Positions 1 to 12,200 of a DNA stretch of 64,000 nucleotides are shown here, in pieces (the stretch's first letter is position 1; the number at the start of each line of letters is the position of its first letter). The DNA is from Haliotis rubra (taxonomy: Eukaryota): contig NW_025765814.1 of assembly GCF_003918875.1 (NCBI RefSeq), positions 1,116,001 through 1,180,000 on the forward strand, written 5' to 3'. A program made the position numbers and the translations under genes. The notes below the pieces were generated by a model. It did not search any database, had not been told where the DNA came from, and was given only the letters and a program-made list of their open reading frames with translations.

Positions 1-409
1 TCTCCAACTTCTGATTTTAACACACACAAAAAGTCTGTGATCCAAGAAATATAAAAATAATTTCCTTAAATATGTGAAAAAAGGCACTAAAAATATACAA
101 CATCTCTTGGGCATATTGAGCAAAGGGTTCACTGTTTGATACGAGAAGGATAATAATACAGACACTTTGAGCTTTGTTGGAAGAAATCATTCTAATATAA
201 CAATGATAACAATAATACATGACAGTACTATTTCATTCCACCAGAATGAATAACTTTGGCTTTCTAAGGTCCACTTAAGTGAATACTGGTAATTTATTGA
301 AAGATCACATGACATTGTAATGCTGTAACGGACATAACTGCAGGGATGTGCATTTTCTAGCACAGCAGTTCAGTGAAAGTACAAAAGTATGTTATATTCA
401 GAGAGAATA

Positions 410-3135
410 CTACTGCATTCCATCATGAGCGGTGGAGGTGCCTACATCTTGCACAAAATACTGCTCCTGTTCTGGCTCAGCATATTCATTCTCCATGGCA
501 GGTACCTCATTCTGAGGAGATGTCTGAGGTGGAGGAAATGAACTTTGACCCACAGGAAGTGTCCACAGAGGAGGTGATATGGGGCCTGCAGGGGGTTGTG
601 GGATGTTTGTGGGTGTTTCAAGACAGGCTGGTACTGGGGGAGACATTCCTGCAGGAGGATACATCATCTCGGACTGGGGCTGTGGCAAGCATGAACCAGG
701 TGGTGGTGTTGGAGCTAAGGCTTCTTGTGCTTCTGCATCACGCTTTGCTTCAACACTTTTATGGTAGTCTATCAACAGCTGAGCTTTGTCAGGACGCATT
801 TGATCCCATACAAATGCACCATGGCGCTGAAAAAATATTTGGATTGATTTTACTGAAGTTATGAACAATTACTATGCTAAAAACTATATACTGAGGAAAA
901 CAAATAAGGGAACACATAAATGATCAAGTGCTCCTATGTTTTTACCATGTTTCTTTGCAAGCTTTGTATTGCAATGTGGGTGAAAATTGGAGAAAAAACA
1001 TCCCTCAGTATATGATTTAGAGGGATTATAGTAATATGATAATTTATATGATTTATGATTTGATCATGATCAAACTGATCATGTTAAAACAATATTCTTT
1101 TCTCTAAGTTTCTGTTGCAGCAAAAAATCCACTCCTGGATGTAAGAATCTTATTTGTTTAATGCTGGGGCGATGCTTAAAACAAATTTGACTAAACAAAA
1201 AGGAAGAAGAAAATATTCTCAATACAGTAAGCAAATTTTCAACATCTATCCCTTAGCACAGTAATGATGGGTCAATATCAATTGTCAGAGAGTGAAAAGA
1301 TATTTTCATTATTTCATTATTTGCAGAACAGTTTAAACAACAAGTCTGTTCTAAATAATGAAGCTTGCCACTATGTAAATTTGGAAGATGAAATATCAAT
1401 GAAGGATGGCTTTGTTTTCCTTACCTTGGACCTGATCGGATAGTTTGGATCTGCCCGACTGTCATACTGATGCTCAAAGGAAATACCTTCCTTGTACAAT
1501 CTCTGGTCACCAGATCGAGAGCGCAGGAAGTTCACGGGAACTAATTGTTGGAAAGTGAATGACAGTAGTTGAGAAAAAACATTTGAGATGCAAGTGATAA
1601 AATCAATGAACAATTAATCAGTAACTGACATGTCCCTTATCATTAACTTGGCAATATTTTTATGTCATAATACAGTTAGCTTAGCTGACTAGCATGTTTC
1701 TATTATAAAGTTAAAGATGCCGACTGCTGATTAAGCCCCAAGGGTTTTTTTCTTTCAAACTTTGTATTTAACAACAACTTGGGTCCCTTAAAAGTTTAAT
1801 CTCAACACAGGTAAAATGACATTCATGTATATTTCATCAGTAAAAGGCCTTGCTCTGAGGTTCCAATTGTCGCTCATATTATCTTGGTAAACTAACCTGT
1901 TCCTAAAGCAGGCTCCTTATTTGGATTAGCAAGGTGTCGAGTGGAGCCAAACGAAGCTGATTCCTTTGAGAACTGAAAATCAGCTCTTTGTGTTGTGTCA
2001 CGTGTGTATTCAGGTATGTTGAGAGGGTCAGAGCTTGTCCGAGATGGCCACCAGTTATGTTGGTCTGGGTAGGTGCTCCTTGTAAATACTGTGCATACAG
2101 GTTCATTCAGCAGTCTCGCATCATGTCGCAAAAAAGCCACAGCTCATAGGTTGGGGATTATGAGCCCGGAAATCTGGAGTTGTGTAGGGTAGAACTCTTG
2201 TCTCTCTGATGGTTATGTCTGGAAGTAATTTTCTGGCTGGCCTTGGATCAGACGCATAAACAGGTTTTATGACTGCATCTTGAAACTTTGGATGGACATT
2301 TTCAGCATCAAGGCTCACAACCCTAAATGAGTCGGGACTGCAATAATAACATAACACAGATGTGGGTCAGGCTTAAAACATACTTTATCTGAAACAAAAA
2401 AATGTTTTGGTCCTGCTACTTGTTGAAAAAGAAACAGGAAGGGGGCAAAACATTTGTGTGAAAAGAACTACAGTACATTGATTTAAAATGAGTGAGTTTA
2501 GTTTTACGCTGCACTCAGCAATATTCCAGCTATTTTGCAGCGGTCTATAAATAATCGAGTCTGGACCAGACAATCCAGTGATCAACAGCATGAGCATCAA
2601 TCTGTGCAATTTGGAACCGATGACATGTGTCAACCAAGCCAGCGAGCCTGACCACCTGATCCCGTTCCTCGCCTCTTACGACAAGCATGGGTTACTGAAG
2701 GTTTATTCTAACCCAGGCCTTCCCGGGTACAGTGATTTAAAAAATAAATCAATTACAATAACAGAAAATTATCCGTTCTGATCAAAACATTTCAGTCTGA
2801 ACTGTAGGTCATGTAAACATATCTATATTTAGGCCTTAGTGCTCCGCTAACCACATTCTACTTATTGGTTTTGTGAACATTTGTTTTGTAAACAACTGTT
2901 CCTACGCTCGCTCTACCAATGGCAATGTGCATATATTGATTTATACCTGTCATTATTCATTAATGATCGATTGGTGGAAAACACCTGCATGAATGAGTGA
3001 ACTTCACTGAGATTATGAACACGGCTTTTGCATTGATTTAATATAATGTAAGCAGTCGTAAATTAAACTTAACACCTACTTGTACTTTTCGGGAACTCTC
3101 TTCTTTCGCGCTATTGGTGGCATATAAGTTGCCAT
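410..3135 (-). CDS. CIMIP6: C2orf73/CIMIP6-like ciliary microtubule inner protein, 4 coding exons, ~342 aa if one extra base at 2130-2135 is removed
   Basis: Exons 3135-3080, 2337-1897, 1540-1425, 826-410, all GT-AG. Motifs ARLLNEPV, QHNWWPS, TTQRADFQ and [26 protein letters not shown] match recalled human C2orf73 ([49 protein letters not shown]). Exon 2 is 441 nt where the phases require 440. Pro-rich C-terminal tail. Confidence 0.8.
2490..2729 (-). mobile_element. SINE-like retroposon family B (no tRNA head, structured 5' end)
   Basis: Shares CTTGTCGTAAGAGGCGA..TTGACACATGTCATC..GATTGTCTGGTCCAGAC..GCTGGAATATTGCTGAGTGC with other copies; ACTC tail. Confidence 0.85.
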
Positions 3136-3283
3136 CGTGTTATGTTTGTTTCGATGGTGTTATCATTTACAAAAAGGTGCCATACACTTTTTTCATTAGG
3201 CGGAAGCCGCCATATTGTTGTCATGTCGTCGCCCCTAGAAACGGAAGCGGAAGTGACAGCCATACTTGACAACAATAAACAAA
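3136..3283. promoter_or_regulatory. Compact bidirectional promoter between CIMIP6 and SPATA17
   Basis: Only 148 bp between the divergent ATGs (3135 and 3284). Contains YY1-like GCCGCCATATT (3206-3216), RFX X-box-like GTCGCCCCTAGAAAC (3228-3242) and tandem ETS/GABP CGGAAGCGGAAGTG (3242-3255). Confidence 0.7.
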
Positions 3284-6200
3284 ATGGCTGCGATGGTGAG
3301 GTTGATGCGACAAATTGATGGTGTTATAGAAGAATGCTATAACCGAAAAAAGTAAGTTTAATATCAATTTTGTGCGTGAAATTTGTATATTGTGAGTTAT
3401 CAACACCAGTAGGAATTTCATTATTTTCGATTTTTGTCAGGGAAGGAGGAAACAGTGATTGTTGTTGTTTCTATCTGGGCTGTATTACTGTTTTACTGTA
3501 TGTAACAACATATGCTTAAATATTAGCTACATAAAGACAAAACAGTGCAGTTCGTTCAGGCTATCAAACTGTTTCACGGGAGCCTTGCTTACTTATTTTG
3601 TGCTGTTGGTACATTCATGTTTATAGTATAATTATCTGGGAACCTTCATTGACTCTAAACTGAACTGGAACTCTAACACTGAAGCCCTATACAAATAGTG
3701 TCAACAACGTCTTCATTTCATGCCTAAACTGAGATATTTTAATGTTAACCCATCTGTGATGTCATCTTTTTATGTAGCATTTATTCAGAGTATTTTAACA
3801 TTTTCCTTCAATTGTTGGTACGGGTCTCTCTCAGTTCATCTCAAATCTAAAATAGACAAAATTGTTAACACTGCAAGTAAAATCGCTGGAGTCAGATTTG
3901 AATGTTTATCATCAATATATGAGGGGCAAATCGTGAATCAAGCTGTCAAAATTATATCTGACCATACTCACTACTTAAATTCGGAATACAACCTCCTCCC
4001 TTCAGGCCGCTGCTACAAAGTTCCAATTGTGAAAACTAAGAGAGCCCATACATCCTTTATTCCAAGTACCATATCTCTCTTAAACAAATGTGAAGATACC
4101 TAAATCAAAGAATTTATGTAAATATGTTTTGTATCTCTCTAATGTGTCAGTAGCTCTGCTGATGTAACACAAATTCCTGAAAAGGCATTAAAGTATTATT
4201 CTATTCTATTTGTGCACTTTGCCTCTCCCTGTCCAACATAATATCGATATATATACTCATATTATGGGTTTTAGGACACTTTGGTTGTTATCTTTCTATG
4301 AACGACGATTATATGATCCAACACCACACATTATGGCCTGAGCAAAAGTGCTGTCCGAAAGCCTATGATTCGATGATGATAAAATGGGATAACACACAAA
4401 TAGATTAAACAAAATAATTATCATGGTTATACCTACTTCACACCTTATGTGTTTCACATGCTTGAGAGGTGATGTTTAGCCAGTGTTAACCATCTAAATT
4501 TGTCCTATGGTAGGAAATAACATAGATGAGGAATATAACTCTATGTTACACAATGCTGGATAGATTTTGAATGTGTATATTTATGTACTGTACTCATTTT
4601 TGGACAGAAGTTCTTTCCAGAATGTTTACAAAATGTACACCAAGTGAAAGTAGGAATTTGCAGCTCTGGTTCATTTGAATATGCTATAATAGTAGTGCAA
4701 GTATGAGAATGAGCAATTTTTAGGAGCCTTAAAGTTAATAAACAACACAATGGCGCTTTTTGTCTTGGTGAGAGATTAGTGTCCTTGGTTACAAAAGTTA
4801 GTAAACAAAAGAGCGTTAAAATATGCATTAATGGGTACATCAAGGACTTATGTCTTAATGACGGTGAGAGCTTCACTTGGCAGTGTCCATAAAACCAGCT
4901 TAAGCTGCACGGAATTTAAATGTTACATGATGACTATGAATTGTTTATTCACATTCTGGAAGTGCATGTGAATCAGTTATCAAAGGCATATCAGTTCTAT
5001 GTGTAGATTTTTGTCAGGTAGACAGAAATCTACGATCATGTGTTTTCGAATCCATGTTTGCTCTGATAGTGTTTCTTGGATAGAGGCTGCCAGTGCCATA
5101 CCCATTCCTATGGTGTACAAAAATGCGAAAGATGTCTAAGTTCTGCCCAAAGTGACATTAAACCACCACCAAACTCCCCCCCTAAATATGTTCATACTTT
5201 ATGGTTGAATGTCCTCCCTAGACTATTTGTTTGCATTATGTGCGAGTGAACCACTTACAATTGACTTCCCCACTTTCTGTTATGCTCTGATGGTGAGCAT
5301 CCCCCATCCCGATTCACCTGAATTACAAATTACAGGCATGTATTGTCCTTTGCATGTTCATATACTTCACTGACGAACAGTGACTGAGTTTAGCTTTACG
5401 CCACACTCAGCAATATTCCAGCTATATGGCTGTGGTCTGTAAATAATCGAGTCTGGACCAGACAATCCTGTGATCAACAGCACGTGCATCGATCTATGCA
5501 ATTGGGGTACGATGACATGTGTCAGCGAGTCTGACCACCTGACACCTGTTGCCTCTTGCAACAACTGATGAGAAGAACTATGCTGCAACTGCTCATGACT
5601 GACTGAGTTTGGTTTTCACGCTTTTATTCCAGCAACATCATTCCACCAGAAATGCAACATCACATTGTACCCATGTGGGGATTCAACCACTCTTGAGGCT
5701 ACCTTTAACCACTAGGCTACCCCAAAACTGCTCATGGATATTAATTAGTTACTTCCTTTTACAGTGAGGCTGAAGAGAACAGAGAAGCGGAATATGTGGC
5801 AGCTGTTAAAGTTCAAGCTTGGTTTAGAGGAACACGATCACGGAGCTATCTAAGGTACCTTCTGTCAACCATGAGACATGAACATTTTCTTTAGAATCAT
5901 TTGGGTCATCAATGGTGAATTCTTTTGCACCATTTTTTTAAATTTCTTTTTACAGATTACAAACTAAAGTACAAACTATAATATCTTTAATGGTATGTGT
6001 TAAAATTAGCACTTAGTTATCAAACGTAATGGTTTTGAGAGTACTTTTATCATGTTTATGGGTCAAGCTTAAGAAATATAAACATATTTCAGTTATTGGT
6101 TGCTTTAGTTTGGTTTAACTGAAAAGGAAATAGCCTGTGAACAGAATTGTGAAGTTTAACTGAAATTCAGTGCAAGTGTCAACTGCAGTCTTGTCAATTT

Positions 6201-9200
6201 AGATTATGAAACAATCAAAGAAGTGACATTTCAATCAAATAGCAATGGATATTTGTGTGAAGCAAATAATAGATATGTTATGAATAATGTAATATGTTCC
6301 TTCACATTTGCCTAATGTTTCTTTTATAAATTGTAGTTTCCTCAACAAATGTGCCACAGCTGTACAAAAATCATGGAGGGGCTACCTTGGACGTCAGTAC
6401 TACCGGCTGCTTGTCAAGGTGATTATGCTTTGTTTGTTCATCTTCCTTAATGTCTCGGTGTGGTAGTCTAGTGGTTAAAGCATCCGCTCAGCACGCCGAA
6501 GACCCGGTTCGATTCCTCACATGGGTACATTGTGTGAAGCCCATTTCTGGTGTCTCCCGCCATGATATTGCTGGAATATTGCTAAGACCATACTCACTCA
6601 CTCCTTAATGTCTCATAAAGCTTTTCCACAATAGTCAATTATTTCAAACACTTTCAAGATTGTATTTTAATAAAGTTACGCTTTGACGAATCTTTTAAAA
6701 TGCTATGACAAACAAAGATTCAATTGCATTACGTTTTGTGTTCTCAGAACAGTGTGTTCATCATGAAGCTGAATCAGTACAATGCGATGGCCACCAAGGT
6801 AATTACTCTATACATTGTTTCTTTTTCATAAAAACTGCTTAGTGACTGTTCATAATTTTGAGTTTTAAAATACAACATCACAACTGTTTCTTCTATTGAA
6901 ATTATTCTCTTTGAAAAAATAGTCTATTACAATGTACTCATGGTGTTCCATGAGTACGCTAAATCATGGACAGTCTGCAAATTAGATTACCTATCTGGAA
7001 CCTGAGTCTAATACCACCATGTTGGGACTAGTAAGTTTAAATGATATAACAACTAAAATTGACTGAAAATGATGCTCAAAAGGCAAATGAATTTTGAAAT
7101 GGTCTGTATATGTAGCAGGGCCTGGAGTCATCCCACAGATGACATCCTTACCTTGTCAGCTTGCTGATTGGGTTAACCTCTTTGGTCATATGGACAAGGC
7201 GTCTGACTTAGCACCAGAAGGTCCGTGGTTCGAATCCCAGCACGGGACTTGGAAATTTTATGGCCGCTACATTGGCGCCAAATGGCTGAGCATGTTCATA
7301 TGAAATTTGAGCAAAATAGGGTCAGTACCCTGCTATGTGGTCCGGGACGTGCCTTCTGTTGACGGGGGAGTATGTAGCAGGGCGTAGAGTCATCCCACAG
7401 ATGACATCCTTACCTTGTCAGCTTGCTGATGGGGTTAACCTCTTTGGTCATATGGACAAGGCGTCCGACTTAGCACCAGAAGGTCCGTGGTTCGAATCCC
7501 AGCACGGGACTCGGAAATTTTATGGCCGCTACATATATATAGTGTAACTGTAATATGTTTTTTGTGTTGGTACCATGGTTACAGATTCAGAAGGTGTGGC
7601 GAGGATACTATGTCAGGAAATACATCTTTAACTACTACAGCCGTAAACGGTACCTTGAGGCATTGCAAGTGAAGAATGAGATTTTCAGGTAGGTCTCACT
7701 GCTTGATATGACATTGTATTATATAAGGGGTTATGCTGGGATCATGTTTCTAAAATACATGTTAAGCAAAGGAGCTACACAAAATGTACATAAAATACAG
7801 AATAAAAGAATCATTTTGACCAACAGGACAAAGTCACTTTTACTCTGGAAAATCAAATATTCATTCAGTACGTCACTAATGTTGAACAATAGCTGACAAC
7901 AAGCTGATATAAAAATATGTGTCTGTTGATGAGTGCAAGTCTTGTACAACATTCTTTTGTATTATATGTTATTAGAATCATGATTTTCTTCCCCTAACAG
8001 AACGGAACTGGCTGATTTCACTGAACGACAGGCTCAGATCAGACGGAAAATTGAAGAACAAGAACAACACAGACAACAAGCCCAGGCTGCCAGGAAGAAT
8101 CATTATCTTTTGAGTACCGAGGTGATCCCTGGAATCTACAATTCCCCTTTCGAGCCGTGAGTTATCTTCTTTCTTACTTACTGTTTTTCTGTGAATCATA
8201 TATCTGATGTAACTTACTGCCCAACTGAGAATTGTGTCCATTATTACTTACTGCTCATCAGGGTGTCATATCCTTTAGTACTGCCCATCAGGGTGTCATA
8301 TCCTTTATTACTTACTGCCCATCAGGGTGCCATATCCTTTATTACTTAGTGTCCATCAGGGTGCCATATCCTTTATTACTTAGTGCCCATCAGTGTGCCA
8401 TATCCTTTATTACTTAGTGCTCATCAGGGTGCCATATCCTTTATTACTTACTGCCCATCAGTGTGCCATATCCTTTATTACTTAGTGTCCATCAGGGTGT
8501 CATATCCTTTATTACTTAATGCCCATCAGGGTGTCATATCCTTTATTACTTACTGCCCATCAGGGTGTCATATCTTTTATTACTTAGTGCCCATCAGGGT
8601 GCCATATCCTTTATTACTTACTGCTCATCAGTGTGTCATATCCTTTATTACTTAGTGCCCATCAGGGTGTCATATCCTTTATTACTTACTGCCCATCAGG
8701 GTGTCATATCCTTTATTACTTACTGCCCATCAGGGTGTCATATCCTTTATTACTTACTGCCCATCAGGGTGTCATATCCTTTATTACTTACTGCCCATCA
8801 GGGTGTCATATCCTTTATTACTTAGTGCCCATCAGGGTGTCATATCCTTTATTACTTACTGCCCATCAGGGTGTCATATCCTTTATTACTTACTGCCCAT
8901 CAGGGTGTCATATCCTTTATTACTTACTGTCCATCAGGGTGTCATATCCTTTATTACTTACTGCCCATCAGGGTGTGTCATATCCTTTATTACTTAGAGA
9001 CCATCAGGGTGTCATATCCTTTATTACTTAGTGCCCATCAGGGTGTCATATCTTTATTACTTAGTGCCCATCAGGTCCATCATGTGTCATATCTTTTATT
9101 ACTTACTGCCCATCAGTGTGCCATATCCTTTATTACTTACTGCCCATCAGGGTGTCATATCCTTTATTACTTACTGCCCATCAGGGTGTCATATCCTTTA

Positions 9201-12200
9201 TTACTTACTGCCCATCAGGGTGCATATCTTTTATTACTTAGTGACCATCAGGGTGTCATATCTTTTATTACTTACTGCCCATCAGGGTGTCATATCCTTT
9301 ATTACTTAGTGCCCATCAGGGTGTCATATCCTTTATTACTTAGTGCCCATCAGGGTGTCATATCCTTTATTACTTACTGCCCATCAGGGTGTCATATCCT
9401 TTATTACTTAGCCCATCAGGGTGTCATATCCTTTATTACTTACTGCCCATCAGGGTGCCATATCCTTTATCATATCAGGGTGTCCTTTATTACTTAGTGC
9501 CCATCAGGGTGTCATATCCTTTTATTACTTACTGCCCATCAGGGTGCTATCATCCTTTTTATTACTTACTGCCCATCAGGGTGTCATATCCTTTATTACT
9601 TACTGCCCATCAAGGTGTCATATCCTTTATTACTTATCAGGGTGTCATATCTTTTATTACTTACTGCCCATCAGGGTGTCATATCCTTTATTACTTAGGG
9701 TGCCCATCAGGGCCCATCAGGAGTCATATCCTTTATTACTTACTGCCCATCAGGGTGTCATATCCTTTATTACTTACTGCCCATCAGGGTGTCATATCCT
9801 TTATTACTTACTGCCCATCAGGGTGTCATATCCTTTATTACTTACTGCCCATCAGGGTGTCATATCCTTTATTACTTACTGCCCATCAGGGTGTCATATC
9901 CTTTATTACTTACTGCCCATCAGGGTGTCATATCCTTTATTACTTACTGCCCATCAGGGTGTCATATCCTTTATTACTTACTGCCCATCAGGGTGTCATA
10001 TCCTTTATTACTTACTGCCCATCAGGGAAAAGGGTGTCATATCCTTTATTACTTACTGCCCATCAGGGTGTCATATCCTTTATTACTTACTGCCCATCAG
10101 GGTGTCATATCCTTTATTACTTAGTGCCTACTGCCCATCATCAGGGTGTCATATCCTTTATTACTTACTGCCCATCAGGGTGTCATATCCTTTATTACTT
10201 AGTGTCCATCAGGGTGTCATATCCTTTATTACCTCATGCCCATCAGGGTGTCATATCCTTTATTACTTACTGCCCATCAGGGAGTCATATCCTTTATTAC
10301 TTAGAGACCATTGGGGTGTCATATCTTTTATTACTTACTGCCCATCAGGGTGTCATATCTTTATTACTTACTTACTGCCCATCAGGGTGTCATATCCTTT
10401 ATTACTTACTGCCCATCAGGGTGTCATATCCTTTATTACTTACTGCCCATCAGGGTGTCATATCCTTTATTACTTACTGCCCATCAGGGTGTGTCATATC
10501 CTTTATTACTTATTACTGCCCATCAGGGTGTCATATCCTTTATTACTTACTGCCCATCAGGGTGTCATATCCTTTATTACTTACTGCCCATCAGGGTGTC
10601 ATATCCTTTATTACTTACTGCCCATCAGGTTGTGTCATATCCTTTATTACTTACTGCCCATCAGGGTGTCATATCAGGGTGTCTTTCCTTTATTACTTAC
10701 TGCCCATCAGGGTGTCATATCTGCCCATTATTACTTACTTACTGCCCATCAGGGTGTCATATCCTTTATTACTTACACGCCCATCAGCCCATCAGGGTGT
10801 CATATCCTTTTTATTTACTTACTGCCCATCAGGGTGTCATATCTTTTATTACTTACTGCCCATCAGGGTGTCATATCCTTTATTATTACTTCAGGGCCCA
10901 TCAGGGGTCATATATCCTTTATTACTTACTGCCCATCAGGGTGTCATATCCTTTATTACTTACTGCCCATCAGGGTGTCATATCCTTTATTACTTACTGC
11001 CCATCAGGGTGTCATATCCTTTATTACTTACTGCCCATCAGGGTGTCATATCCTTTATTACTTACTGCCCATCAGGGTGTCATATCCTTTATTACTTACT
11101 GCCCATCAGGGTGTCATATCCTTTATTACTTACTGCCCATCAGGGTGTCATATCCTTTATTACTTACTGCCCATCAGGGTGTCATATCCTTTATTACTTA
11201 CTGCCCATCAGGGTGTCATATCCTTTATTACTTACTGCCCATCAGGGTGTCATATCCTTTATTACTTACTGCCCATCAGGGTGTATCATATCCTTTATTA
11301 CTTACTGCCCATCAGGGAGTCATATCCTTTATTACTTACTGCCCATCAGGGTGTCATATCCTTTATTACTTACTGCCCATCAGGGTGTCATATCCTTTAT
11401 TACTTACTGCCCATCAGGGTGTCATATCCTTTATTACTTACTGCCCATCAGGGTGTCATATCCTTTATTACTTACTGCCCATCAGGGTGTCATATCCTTT
11501 ATTACTTACTGCCCATCAGGGTGTCATATCCTTTATTACTTACTGCCCATCAGGGTGTCATATCCTTTATTACTTACTGCCCATCAGGGTGTCATATCCT
11601 TTATTACTTACTGCCCATCAGTGCTATATCCTTTATTACTTACTGCCCATCTCAGGGAATCATCCTTTCATTATCCTTTATTACTTACTGCCCATCAGGG
11701 TGTCATATCCTTTATTACTTACTGCCCATCAGGGTGTCATATCCTTCATGGAGTCATATCCTTTATTACTTACTGCCCATCAGGGTGTCATATCCTTTAT
11801 TACTTACTGCCCATCAGGGTGTCATATCTTTTATTACTTACTGCCCATCAGGGTGTCATATCCTTTATTACTTACTGCCCATCAGGAATCATATCCTTTA
11901 TTACTCATCATATCCTTTATTACTTACTGCCCATCAGGGTGTCATATCCTTTATTACTTACTGCCCATCAGGGTCATATCCTTTATTATCCTTCATATCC
12001 TTTATTACTTACTGCCCATCAGGGTGTCAGAGTGTCATATCCTTTATCATATCCTTTATTACTTACTGCCCATCAGGGAGTCATATCCTTTATTACTTAC
12101 TGCCCACAGTGCTGTATATCCTTATTACTTACTGCCCATTTATCAGGGTGTCATATCCTTATTACTTACTGCCCATCAGGGAATCATATCCTTTACTACT

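Noticed and set aside
373-864. 163-aa + strand ORF, and + strand ORFs at 53055-54368
   Set aside because: Antisense shadows of the minus-strand coding exons.
4541-4876. This and other 60-110 aa ORFs in introns and SINEs
   Set aside because: No coding features. Recurrent peptides such as MLMLLITGLSGPDSII are translations of SINE family B.
7176-7250. tRNA gene
   Set aside because: The acceptor stem does not pair well, and the block is part of both LTRs of a retroelement. Other tRNA-like blocks in the window are SINE heads.
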